Origin: an uncultured Parabacteroides sp.
GTDB taxonomy: Bacteria; Bacteroidota; Bacteroidia; Bacteroidales; Tannerellaceae
Assembly (NCBI GenBank): GCA_937894065.1
Contig: CALCST010000012.1
Span: 12,508 to 36,507, forward strand
Length of the DNA stretch: 24,000 bases
Direction: 5' to 3'
Both the position numbers and the translations under genes were made by a program. Shown here piece by piece: positions 10,471 to 18,472 of this stretch (position 1 is the first letter of the stretch; the number at the start of each line of letters is the position of its first letter). The notes under the pieces are model-generated. The model saw only the letters and a program-made list of their open reading frames with translations. It did not search any database and was not told the DNA's origin.

Positions 10471-11124
10471 ATGACAAAAAAATTATTTGTGGGCTTGATG
10501 CTCTTGTTTGTATCTCAGTTATCTTTTTCTCAAACATTAGAGAAAATGCAGTGGTTCAATGAACCTGAAAAATGGGAAATTAAAGATAAAACTCTGTCAA
10601 TGTTTGTAACTCCGCAAAGTGACTATTGGCGTATTTCTCATTATGGTTTCACTGTTGATGACGCACCTTTCTATTATGCAAATTATGGAGGAGAGTTTGA
10701 AGCTAAAGTGAAAATCACTGGAAAATACAAATCCCGTTTTGATCAGGCAGGACTGATGATTCGTATTGACCATGAGAATTATATCAAGGCAGGAATTGAA
10801 TTTGTTGATGGTAAATATAATTTGAGTACTGTTGTTACTCATAAAACATCTGATTGGAGCGTGATTACTCTCGACGAATCAATTCCTTATATATGGATAA
10901 AAGCAGTAAGACGTTTGGATGCAATCGAGATTTTCTATTCGTTTGATGATAAGGAATATGTTATGATGCGTAATGCCTGGATGAAAGATAATACTCCTGT
11001 TCAGATAGGTGTTATGGCTGCTTGTCCGGACGGCGACGGATTTGAGGTAACTTTCGAGCATTTTAAAGTTAAGCATCTTCCGGATATGAGGAGATTGGAA
11101 TGGCTTAAGAATAACGCAGAGTAA
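10471..11124 (+). CDS. Secreted DUF1349-family protein (concanavalin-like beta-sandwich)
   Basis: The signal peptide is MTKKLFVGLMLLFVSQLSFSQ. It is followed by WFNEPEKWEI...TPQSDYWR...FDQAGLMIRID, which I recognise as DUF1349-like. The track start at 10465 is GTG, so ATG 10471 is preferred. Confidence 0.6.
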   Translation: MTKKLFVGLMLLFVSQLSFSQTLEKMQWFNEPEKWEIKDKTLSMFVTPQSDYWRISHYGFTVDDAPFYYANYGGEFEAKVKITGKYKSRFDQAGLMIRIDHENYIKAGIEFVDGKYNLSTVVTHKTSDWSVITLDESIPYIWIKAVRRLDAIEIFYSFDDKEYVMMRNAWMKDNTPVQIGVMAACPDGDGFEVTFEHFKVKHLPDMRRLEWLKNNAE

Positions 11125-11150
11125 TATTTTGTTTTTATATCATTATTATA

Positions 11151-11190
11151 ACCGGTTGAGGCATATATGTTCTTGGCCGGTTTTTTGTTT
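11151..11190 (+). terminator. Rho-independent terminator after the DUF1349 gene
   Basis: ACCGGTTGAG, a 12-nt loop and TTGGCCGGT form a stem that includes G-U pairs. It is followed by TTTTTGTTTTT. Confidence 0.5.
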
Positions 11191-11202
11191 TTATGCATGT
11201 TT

Positions 11203-11336
11203 GGATTTTCTTCCGTATGTAACGGGATTTTCTTTCGGAAGAAAAACAAATTACTTCCGAATGTAAATGGATTTCCTTCCGTAAGTAATTGGGGCTTTCT
11301 TCCGAAGGAAAAACGTGTTTTTCTCTATAAGGAAAT
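11203..11336. repeat. Degenerate array of about 22-bp period (six units) with core TTCyTTCCGnAnG / CGGAAG
   Basis: Units start near 11203, 11225, 11248, 11269, 11292 and 11314. Two roughly 45-bp super-units align well: GGATTTTCTTCCGTATGTAACGGGATTTTCTTTCGGAAGAAAAAC and GGATTTCCTTCCGTAAGTAATTGGGGCTTTCTTCCGAAGGAAAAAC. A 10-bp perfect inverted repeat pairs TTTTCTTCCG (11207-11216) with CGGAAGAAAA (11236-11245). Confidence 0.6.
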
Positions 11337-11475
11337 GTTTTAGATTGGAGTTATGTATTTATTAATTGTATGTTTGTGTTTTTAAAATATAGAATATATA
11401 GTGGTATTTCTTATATTTTATTTCAAAAATGCGAAAAAAACTTACGGATTTGTTTTGATGTTTTAAAAAAGGCTG

Positions 11476-11483
11476 TATCTTTG
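11476..11483 (+). promoter_or_regulatory. Candidate leu operon -7 promoter box (TATCTTTG)
   Basis: The box matches TAnnTTTG. TTTG elements lie about 18-25 bp upstream (11449-11457). It sits about 23 bp upstream of the leader ORF. Confidence 0.45.
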
Positions 11484-11505
11484 CAGTGGTTTAAAAAATG
11501 GAAAT

Positions 11506-11580
11506 ATGAAACAGACACGATTGCATAATCTATTGAATACATTGGGTATTATTCTACTCTGGCAACAGGATAGGAAGTGA
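11506..11580 (+). promoter_or_regulatory. Candidate Leu-rich leader peptide ORF (24 codons): MKQTRLHNLLNTLGIILLWQQDRK
   Basis: The ORF starts at ATG 11506 and ends at TGA 11578-11580. Six of 24 codons are Leu (TTG, CTA, TTG, TTG, CTA, CTC) and two are Ile. It lies between the promoter box and an intrinsic terminator directly upstream of leuA. Confidence 0.45.
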
Positions 11581-11615
11581 GTTTGTGCATATAAGTGTTT
11601 GGATAAAGTTATAAT

Positions 11616-11657
11616 AAAGCCTTTCTCGCTTCCTGCGGTGAAAGGCTTTTTATTTTG
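11616..11657 (+). terminator. Intrinsic terminator (putative attenuator) 30 bp upstream of the leuA start
   Basis: AAAGCCTTTC (11616-11625) pairs with GAAAGGCTTT (11640-11649). An inner CGC/GCG stem sits inside, and TTTATTTTG follows. No plus-strand gene ends upstream, so a regulatory role is more likely than gene-end termination. Confidence 0.6.
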
Positions 11658-11686
11658 TAATAAAGAGATAAAAAACATATACTACT

Positions 11687-13183
11687 ATGTCAGACAGATT
11701 ATTTATTTTCGATACAACTCTTAGAGATGGTGAACAAGTTCCGGGTTGTCAGTTGAACACTGTTGAGAAAATACAGGTTGCGCGAGCATTGGAAGCTCTT
11801 GGTGTGGATGTTATTGAAGCTGGATTCCCGGTATCAAGTCCTGGAGACTTTAAAAGTGTGGTTGAGATTTCGAAGGCTGTAACTTGGCCTACGATTTGTG
11901 CTTTGACTCGTGCTGTTGAAAAAGATATCGATGCTGCTGCAGAGGCTTTGAAATATGCAAAGCGTGGCAGAATCCATACTGGAATAGGTACTTCTGATCC
12001 TCATATTCGTTATAAATTCAATTCTACACGCGAAGAAATTATCGAGCGTGCTGTTGCGGCTACAAAATATGCCAAGAAATATGTTGAGGATGTTGAATTC
12101 TACTGCGAGGATGCCGGACGAACTGAAAATGAATATTTGGCACGTGTGGTTGAGGCGGTAATCAAAGCCGGAGCAACAGTTGTGAACATCCCTGATACAA
12201 CAGGGTATTGTCTTCCTGATGAATATGGAGCAAAGATTAAGTATTTGATGGAACATGTTGACGGTATTCATAATGCAATCCTGTCAACTCATTGCCACAA
12301 CGACTTGGGTATGGCAACTGCCAACACAGTTCAGGGTGTTCTGAATGGTGCACGTCAGGTGGAAGTGACTATTAACGGTATAGGTGAACGTGCCGGAAAC
12401 ACTTCGCTTGAAGAGGTTGCCATGATTTTCAAGAGCCACAAGGAAAGAAATATCATTACGAATATAAATACTACTAAGATTTACAGCACAAGCCGGATGG
12501 TGTCAAGCCTGATGAATATGCCGGTGCAGCCTAACAAGGCTATTGTGGGACGTAATGCTTTTGCTCATTCTTCAGGAATTCATCAGGACGGTGTGCTGAA
12601 GAATGTTCAGACTTATGAGATTATCGACCCGAAAGAAGTTGGTATCGATGATAATGCAATTGTTCTTACAGCACGTAGCGGACGTGCGGCATTGAAACAT
12701 CGCATGCATGTTCTGGGATTGGAAGTTGACCAGGAACGTCTTGACAAGATTTATGAAGACTTCCTTAAACTTGCCGACAAGAAAAAGGAAATCAATGATG
12801 ATGATATCCTTGTTCTTGCAGGTGCTGACCGCTCACAGAATCATCATATCAAACTTGAATATTTGCAGGTTACAAGTGGTGTAGGTGTACGTTCTGTAGC
12901 AAGCGTAGGTTTGAATATTGCAGGTGAGAAGTTTGAAGCTGCTGCAACGGGTAATGGTCCGGTTGATGCTGCAATTAAGGCTCTTAAACAAATCATTCAC
13001 CGTCAGATGGTGCTTAAGGAATTCACAATCCAGGCAATCAGCAAAGGTAGCGATGATGTGGGCAAGGTTCATATGCAGGTTGAATATGACAATCATATTT
13101 ATTATGGTTTCGGTGCAAACACAGATATTATAGCTGCTTCTGTTGAGGCTTATATTGACGCAATCAATAAATTTGTGAAATAA
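11687..13183 (+). CDS. leuA: 2-isopropylmalate synthase
   Basis: The sequence has [20 protein letters not shown] and a C-terminal LeuA dimerisation/regulatory domain. It is 498 aa and is the first gene of the leu cluster. Confidence 0.95.
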   Translation: MSDRLFIFDTTLRDGEQVPGCQLNTVEKIQVARALEALGVDVIEAGFPVSSPGDFKSVVEISKAVTWPTICALTRAVEKDIDAAAEALKYAKRGRIHTGIGTSDPHIRYKFNSTREEIIERAVAATKYAKKYVEDVEFYCEDAGRTENEYLARVVEAVIKAGATVVNIPDTTGYCLPDEYGAKIKYLMEHVDGIHNAILSTHCHNDLGMATANTVQGVLNGARQVEVTINGIGERAGNTSLEEVAMIFKSHKERNIITNINTTKIYSTSRMVSSLMNMPVQPNKAIVGRNAFAHSSGIHQDGVLKNVQTYEIIDPKEVGIDDNAIVLTARSGRAALKHRMHVLGLEVDQERLDKIYEDFLKLADKKKEINDDDILVLAGADRSQNHHIKLEYLQVTSGVGVRSVASVGLNIAGEKFEAAATGNGPVDAAIKALKQIIHRQMVLKEFTIQAISKGSDDVGKVHMQVEYDNHIYYGFGANTDIIAASVEAYIDAINKFVK

Positions 13184-13187
13184 GAAT

Positions 13188-13266
13188 ACAAGGCTTCAGA
13201 GGTAAGGTTTAAGTAGGAAATGTTTATTTCCTGTTATATATTGCTAACTTGTTTCCTTGTCAATCT
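13188..13266 (+). repeat. Intergenic repeat family, copy A (leuA-leuC spacer)
   Basis: ACAAGGCTTCAGA (13188-13200) is identical to 21903-21915. CTTGTTTCCTTGTCAA (13248-13263) is shared with 16946-16961 and, with one C/T difference, with 21977-21992. Confidence 0.55.
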
Positions 13267-13301
13267 TTCATATCATGCAAAACTTAAAAATGTAAAGTAA
13301 A

Positions 13302-14699
13302 ATGTCAAATACATTATTCGATAAGATTTGGGACGCCCACATTGTTCAGAAGGTGGAGGAAGGTCCTACTCAATTATATATAGACCGTTTGTATTGCCAC
13401 GAAGTGACCAGTCCGCAAGCTTTTGCCGGACTGCGTGAACGTGGTTTGAAGTGTTTCCGCCCGGAAAAGATTTATTGTATGCCGGACCACAACACTCCGA
13501 CTCACGACCAGGACAAGCCGATTGAAGATCCGGTTTCACGCACTCAGGTTGATACTTTGGCTAAAAACGCTGCTGATTTCGGTTTGACTCATTTTGGTAT
13601 GATGGACAAGCGTAATGGTATTATCCATGTGGTTGGTCCGGAACGTGGTCTTACTTTGCCGGGAATGACAATTGTGTGCGGCGACTCTCACACTTCAACT
13701 CACGGAGCTATGGGTGCTGTTGCTTTCGGTATCGGAACAAGTGAAGTTGAGATGGTTATGGCTTCGCAGTGTATCCTGCAGTCAAGACCAAAAACAATGA
13801 GAATCACAGTTGACGGAAAACTGGGCAAAGGTGTGACTGCTAAAGATGTAGCTCTGTATATAATGTCGAAAATTACAACCAGCGGCGCAACCGGATATTT
13901 CATTGAATATGCCGGCGAAGCTATCCGCAACCTTACAATGGAAGGACGATTGACATTGTGTAACCTTTCAATTGAAATGGGTGCGCGCGGAGGTATGGTT
14001 GCTCCTGATGAAACTACATTTGAATATATCAAAGGCAGAGAATATGCTCCTAAAGGAGAAGAATGGGAAAAGGCTCTTGCTTATTGGAAAACATTGAAGA
14101 GTGACGATGATGCAGTGTTCGACCACGAAGTTCGTTTCGATGCTGCAGATATTCAGCCGATGATTACATACGGAACAAATCCGGGTATGGGAATGGCAGT
14201 TTCGGATACAATTCCTACAACAGAAGGAATGAACGAGGTAGAAAAAGGTTCGTTCGATAAATCTCTTCAGTATATGGGATTCAGCGCAGGCGAGAAACTT
14301 TTGGGAAAGCCTGTTGATTATGTTTTCCTTGGTGCTTGTACAAACGGACGTATTGAGGACTTCAGAGCTTTTGCTTCGATAGTGAAAGGACGCCGCAAAG
14401 CTGACAAAATCATTGCATGGTTGGTTCCGGGTTCATGGATGGTTGATGCACAGATTCGTGAAGAAGGCTTGGATAAAGTTCTTGAAGAAGCTGGTTTCGA
14501 AATCCGTCAGCCGGGATGTTCTGCTTGTCTGGCTATGAATGACGATAAGATTCCTGCAGGAAAATATTCAGTGTCAACAAGTAATCGTAACTTTGAAGGC
14601 CGTCAGGGTCCGGGCGCACGCACATTGTTGGCAAGTCCGCTTACGGCAGCTGCTGCAGCTGTGACTGGTGTTATTACAGATCCGAGAGAATTCTTGTAA
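13302..14699 (+). CDS. leuC: 3-isopropylmalate dehydratase large subunit
   Basis: Aconitase-family motifs are present ([31 protein letters not shown]). The protein is 465 aa. Confidence 0.95.
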   Translation: MSNTLFDKIWDAHIVQKVEEGPTQLYIDRLYCHEVTSPQAFAGLRERGLKCFRPEKIYCMPDHNTPTHDQDKPIEDPVSRTQVDTLAKNAADFGLTHFGMMDKRNGIIHVVGPERGLTLPGMTIVCGDSHTSTHGAMGAVAFGIGTSEVEMVMASQCILQSRPKTMRITVDGKLGKGVTAKDVALYIMSKITTSGATGYFIEYAGEAIRNLTMEGRLTLCNLSIEMGARGGMVAPDETTFEYIKGREYAPKGEEWEKALAYWKTLKSDDDAVFDHEVRFDAADIQPMITYGTNPGMGMAVSDTIPTTEGMNEVEKGSFDKSLQYMGFSAGEKLLGKPVDYVFLGACTNGRIEDFRAFASIVKGRRKADKIIAWLVPGSWMVDAQIREEGLDKVLEEAGFEIRQPGCSACLAMNDDKIPAGKYSVSTSNRNFEGRQGPGARTLLASPLTAAAAAVTGVITDPREFL

Positions 14700-14762
14700 A
14701 CTAGTCAACATATTCTCTTAAAGTTTAGTTTGTGAAACTAGAGTAAATAATTTAAAGACAAA

Positions 14763-15353
14763 ATGAAACAAAAATTCGATATATTGACAAGTACATGTGT
14801 TCCTCTTCCTTTGGAAAATGTGGACACTGACCAGATAATACCGGCACGCTTCCTGAAGGCTACAGACAAGGAAGGTTTTGGTGATAACCTTTTCCGTGAC
14901 TGGCGCTACAATGCCGACGGCAGCCTTAATGAATCATTCGTCCTGAACAATCCGAAATATAGCGGACAGATTCTTGTTGCCGGAAAGAATTTCGGTTGTG
15001 GCTCGAGCCGTGAACATGCTGCATGGGCAATTGCTGGTTATGGTTTCCGTGTAGTTGTGTCAAGCTTTTTCGCCGACATTCACAAAAACAATGAATTGAA
15101 TAACTTTGTGCTGCCTGTTGTGGTTAGCGAATCTTTCCTTCAGGAATTGTTCGATACAATTGCTGCTAATCCTAAAACAGAAGTTGTGGTTAATCTTCCT
15201 GAGCAAACAATAACAAATACAGCTACAGGAAAGAGCGAGAAATTCGAAATCAATGCTTATAAGAAGCATTGTCTGATGAACGGTTTGGATGACATAGATT
15301 TTCTTGTTTCAAATAAGGACAAAATAGAAGAATACGAAAAAAGGCAATCATAA
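14763..15353 (+). CDS. leuD: 3-isopropylmalate dehydratase small subunit
   Basis: The aconitase swivel-domain motif GKNFGCGSSREHA is present. The protein is 196 aa and the gene directly follows leuC. Confidence 0.95.
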   Translation: MKQKFDILTSTCVPLPLENVDTDQIIPARFLKATDKEGFGDNLFRDWRYNADGSLNESFVLNNPKYSGQILVAGKNFGCGSSREHAAWAIAGYGFRVVVSSFFADIHKNNELNNFVLPVVVSESFLQELFDTIAANPKTEVVVNLPEQTITNTATGKSEKFEINAYKKHCLMNGLDDIDFLVSNKDKIEEYEKRQS

Positions 15354-15367
15354 AAAATATATTGCTT

Positions 15368-16882
15368 ATGATAGAGATAATGGATACGACACTTCGCGAT
15401 GGCGAGCAGACTTCGGGTGTATCATTTGCGGCACACGAAAAGCTTGGTATTGCCCAGGTGTTGTTGAGCGAGATGAATGTTGACAGGCTTGAGATAGCTT
15501 CGGCACGTGTTTCGGATGGTGAGTTTGAGGCTGTCCGGAAAATTGCTCATTGGGCAGAGCGTGCCGGTTTCCTGGACAGGCTTGAAGTGTTGGGTTTCGT
15601 TGATGGCGGTGTTTCCGTAGAATGGATTGAGTCTGCCGGTTGCAAGGTGATGAATCTTTTGTGTAAAGGTTCATATAAGCATGTGACTGAGCAGTTGCGT
15701 AAAACACCAGCTGAGCATATTGCCGACATTGAAAGAAACATTTCTGATGCCGTTTCACGCAATATGAAGGTGAATCTCTATCTCGAGGATTGGTCGAACG
15801 GAATTCAGGCATCACCTGAGTATGTATTTAACTTTATGGACTCACTCAAGGATATGCCCGTGGAGAGATTTATGCTTCCGGACACTTTGGGTATTCTGAA
15901 TCCTGAAGATACTTATAATTACTGTAAGATGATGGTTGATAAATATCCGGATATTCATTTCGATTTCCATGCACATAACGATTATGACCTTGCTGTGGCT
16001 AATGTCTATTCAGCTGTTAAGGCAGGAGTGAAAGGTATACATACAACCGTTAACGGATTGGGCGAAAGAGCAGGTAATGCTCCATTAGGAAGTGTTCTTG
16101 CAGTGATAAAGGATCAGCTCAAAGGAGAAACATCGTTGCGCGAAGAAAAAATAACACGTGTCAGTCATATCGTAGAAACATATTCAGGAATACATATTCC
16201 GGGAAACAAACCAATTGTTGGAGAATATGTTTTCACTCAATGTGCCGGAGTTCATGCTGATGGTGACAGCAAGAACAATCTTTATTGCAATGCCCTTTTG
16301 CCGGAACGCTTCGGCAGAGTGCGTGAGTATGCTTTGGGTAAGACTTCCGGTAAAGCTAATATACGTAAGAATCTCGAATCTCTTGGTATCGACCTCGACG
16401 AGGCTTCAATGCGTAAAGTGACAGAGCGTATCATTGAGTTGGGCGACAAGAAGGAAGTCGTTACTCAGGAGGATTTGCCATATATCATTGCCGATGTTCT
16501 GCATCACGACAATATGCAGGAATCTTCGAAAATAAAGATTCTGAATTATTCGCTTTCTCTTACTCAGGGATTAAAACCTGTTGCAACGGTGAAACTGGAG
16601 TTCTATGGTGAATCTTATCAGGAATCTGCAACCGGCGACGGACAGTATGATGCTTTCGTACGTGCATTGAGAAAAATATATTCTGACCTTGGTCGTCCGT
16701 TCCCAATGCTTACGAACTATTCTGTGTCAATTCCTCCCGGCGGACGTACAGATGCTTTCGTCCAGACAGTAATATCATGGAACTATGCCGGAGTTGACTT
16801 CAAGACCAGAGGTTTGGATGCCGACCAGACTGAAGCGGCAATTAAGGCAACGGTGAAGATGTTGAATAAGATTGAGCAGTGA
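15368..16882 (+). CDS. LeuA/CimA-family synthase paralog (citramalate synthase-like or second isopropylmalate synthase)
   Basis: The sequence has [21 protein letters not shown] and a C-terminal LeuA_dimer-like region (ATGDGQYDAFVRAL). The track start at 15362 is TTG; ATG 15368 or 15380 is preferred. Confidence 0.8.
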   Translation: MIEIMDTTLRDGEQTSGVSFAAHEKLGIAQVLLSEMNVDRLEIASARVSDGEFEAVRKIAHWAERAGFLDRLEVLGFVDGGVSVEWIESAGCKVMNLLCKGSYKHVTEQLRKTPAEHIADIERNISDAVSRNMKVNLYLEDWSNGIQASPEYVFNFMDSLKDMPVERFMLPDTLGILNPEDTYNYCKMMVDKYPDIHFDFHAHNDYDLAVANVYSAVKAGVKGIHTTVNGLGERAGNAPLGSVLAVIKDQLKGETSLREEKITRVSHIVETYSGIHIPGNKPIVGEYVFTQCAGVHADGDSKNNLYCNALLPERFGRVREYALGKTSGKANIRKNLESLGIDLDEASMRKVTERIIELGDKKEVVTQEDLPYIIADVLHHDNMQESSKIKILNYSLSLTQGLKPVATVKLEFYGESYQESATGDGQYDAFVRALRKIYSDLGRPFPMLTNYSVSIPPGGRTDAFVQTVISWNYAGVDFKTRGLDADQTEAAIKATVKMLNKIEQ

Positions 16883-16904
16883 GGAGAAAGAGCTGAGGAG
16901 CTAA

Positions 16905-16988
16905 GAGGTTAAAAGTTAAGTAGATGTTACTTGCTTTCTGTAGCCTTGTTTCCTTGTCAACTTGTTCCTTCTTTATCTTACTTGCGAA
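16905..16988 (+). repeat. Intergenic repeat family, copy B (after the synthase paralog)
   Basis: GGTTAAAAGTTAAGTAG ... CCTTGTTTCCTTGTCAACTTGTTCC ... CTTGCGAA is collinear with the 21888-22024 element apart from an internal deletion. Confidence 0.5.
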
Positions 16989-17005
16989 TCATAAATCATC
17001 TTTAT

Positions 17006-17179
17006 ATGAAGATATACATATTATTATTCATAATATCTCTTGCTCTTATATGCTTGGTTGCAAGGTTTGGTCCTTGGATGGAGCTAAGAGATGGAAATCT
17101 TCTTATACATGTAGTTGCCGCAGCTTTAATCGCGGGAATAATATATGCGATATTTAAAATTGTAAAACATTTGGATTAG
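17006..17179 (+). CDS. Hypothetical small membrane protein (57 aa, two predicted TM helices)
   Basis: The sequence is MKIYILLFIISLALICLVARFGPWMELRDGNLLIHVVAAALIAGIIYAIFKIVKHLD, with two hydrophobic stretches. It is on the same strand as its neighbours, inside the leu operon between the synthase paralog and leuB. There is no homology evidence, and part of the upstream track ORF lies in the repeat element. Confidence 0.35.
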   Translation: MKIYILLFIISLALICLVARFGPWMELRDGNLLIHVVAAALIAGIIYAIFKIVKHLD

Positions 17180-17226
17180 GCAAGCTTGTAATCTGATAAG
17201 TAATATCTGATTCCTTTTGCCTCATC

Positions 17227-17270
17227 AACTAATAAACTCAAAAACTAATAAACTTAAAAACTAAAAATAT
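17227..17270 (+). repeat. 16-bp tandem repeat (about 2.5 copies) directly upstream of the leuB start
   Basis: The copies are AACTAATAAACTCAAA, AACTAATAAACTTAAA and AACTAAAAATAT. The repeat ends 3 bp before ATG 17274. Confidence 0.7.
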
Positions 17271-17273
17271 ACC

Positions 17274-18341
17274 ATGCAATTTAAAATAGCAGTCCTGGCC
17301 GGTGACGGAATCGGTCCGGAAATATCAGTTCAAGGCGTCGATGTGATGACAGCCGTATGTGAAAAATTCGGACATGAAGTAAAATATGATTATGCTCTTT
17401 GCGGAGCAGCAGCAATCGATGCGGTAGGAAATCCTTTCCCAGATGAAACTTATGAAATCTGTAAAAATGCAGATGCCGTTTTGTTCTCTTCTGTTGGTGA
17501 TCCGAAATATGACAATGATCCGACAGCGAAGGTTCGTCCGGAACAGGGATTGCTTGCTATGCGCAAGAAATTAGGTTTGTTTGCCAATATCCGTCCGGTA
17601 CAGACATTCAAATGTCTTCTTCACAAATCTCCGTTGCGTGCTGAGTTGGTTGAAGGCGCAGATTTCCTTTGTATCCGCGAACTTACCGGAGGAATGTATT
17701 TCGGAGAAAAATATCAGGACAACGATAAAGCATATGATACAAACTATTATACTCGTCCTGAAATCGAGAGAATTCTTCGTGTAGGTTTTGAATATGCGAT
17801 GAAGCGCCGCAAACATCTTACAGTTGTTGACAAGGCAAATGTTCTTGCTTCATCTCGCCTTTGGAGACAGATTGCTCAGGGAATGGCTCCTCAATATCCG
17901 GAAGTACAGACAGATTATATGTTTGTTGATAATGCTGCAATGAGAATGATTCAGGAACCGACATTCTTTGATGTTATGGTAACTGAAAATACATTTGGTG
18001 ATATATTGACAGACGAAGGTTCTTGTATCAGCGGTTCTATGGGCTTGCTTCCTTCTGCTTCAACAGGCGAAAGTACTCCGGTGTTTGAACCTATTCACGG
18101 TTCATGGCCACAGGCTAAAGGTTTGAATATTGCAAATCCATTGGCTCAGATTCTTTCTGTAGCTATGTTGTTCGAATATTTCGACTGCAAGGAAGAAGGT
18201 GCTTTGATTCGCCGTGCCGTAGATGCTTCTCTTGATGCTTGTGTCCGCACTCCTGAAATTCAGGTTGAAGGTGGAGAAAAATATGGAACCAAGGAAGTTG
18301 GTGCTTGGATTGTGAATTATATCCGTAATTCGGAAAAATAA
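17274..18341 (+). CDS. leuB: 3-isopropylmalate dehydrogenase
   Basis: The N-terminus [13 protein letters not shown] and the motifs [10 protein letters not shown]-like ([12 protein letters not shown]) and [10 protein letters not shown] match the family. The protein is 355 aa. Confidence 0.95.
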   Translation: MQFKIAVLAGDGIGPEISVQGVDVMTAVCEKFGHEVKYDYALCGAAAIDAVGNPFPDETYEICKNADAVLFSSVGDPKYDNDPTAKVRPEQGLLAMRKKLGLFANIRPVQTFKCLLHKSPLRAELVEGADFLCIRELTGGMYFGEKYQDNDKAYDTNYYTRPEIERILRVGFEYAMKRRKHLTVVDKANVLASSRLWRQIAQGMAPQYPEVQTDYMFVDNAAMRMIQEPTFFDVMVTENTFGDILTDEGSCISGSMGLLPSASTGESTPVFEPIHGSWPQAKGLNIANPLAQILSVAMLFEYFDCKEEGALIRRAVDASLDACVRTPEIQVEGGEKYGTKEVGAWIVNYIRNSEK

Positions 18342-18368
18342 CGAACCTGTAATTTACAGAATATAGAA

Positions 18369-18420
18369 AGCCCTGGAAGGACAAAACTCTTATCGTTATG
18401 TCCTTTCAGGGCTATTTTCA
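18369..18420 (+). terminator. Rho-independent terminator of the leu operon
   Basis: AGCCCTGGAAGGACA (18369-18383) pairs with TGTCCTTTCAGGGCT (18399-18413), giving a 15-bp stem with one G-U pair. ATTTTCAAAATTT follows. Confidence 0.7.
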
Positions 18421-18431
18421 AAATTTATCAC

Positions 18432-18439
18432 TACTTTTG
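18432..18439 (+). promoter_or_regulatory. Candidate recQ -7 promoter box (TACTTTTG)
   Basis: The box matches TAnnTTTG. It lies 34 bp upstream of ATG 18473 and downstream of the leuB terminator. Confidence 0.4.
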
Positions 18440-18472
18440 CCTGCTGAACAAAAAACTAACCGGCTAACGGAA

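Noticed and set aside
11001-11249. 82-aa minus-strand ORF spanning the DUF1349 3' end and the repeat array
   Set aside because: It overlaps the well-supported DUF1349 gene in antisense and runs through its terminator and the periodic repeats. No motifs support it.
11463-11678. 71-aa minus-strand ORF in the leuA upstream region
   Set aside because: It is antisense to the promoter, leader ORF and terminator of the leu operon. It has no recognisable motifs and is a low-complexity translation of AT-rich regulatory DNA.
11476-11686. T-box or other riboswitch as the leu leader
   Set aside because: I could find no T-box consensus (…GGTGGTACCGCG-like) and no specifier-loop architecture. A short Leu-rich ORF plus a terminator fits peptide-mediated attenuation better.
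16924-17157. 77-aa ORF (16924) and the long 82-aa form (16931) between the synthase paralog and leuB
   Set aside because: Both are overlapping alternative frames or starts that begin inside the intergenic repeat copy B. Only the 57-aa two-TM form from ATG 17006 is kept, and only at low confidence.
18398-18472. recQ start at ATG 18398, as in the ORF track
   Set aside because: ATG 18398 lies at the junction of the loop and right arm of the leuB terminator and upstream of a TACTTTTG -7 box at 18432-18439. ATG 18473 follows the promoter and gives a canonical 609-aa RecQ beginning just before the conserved FGYTSFRPLQ.
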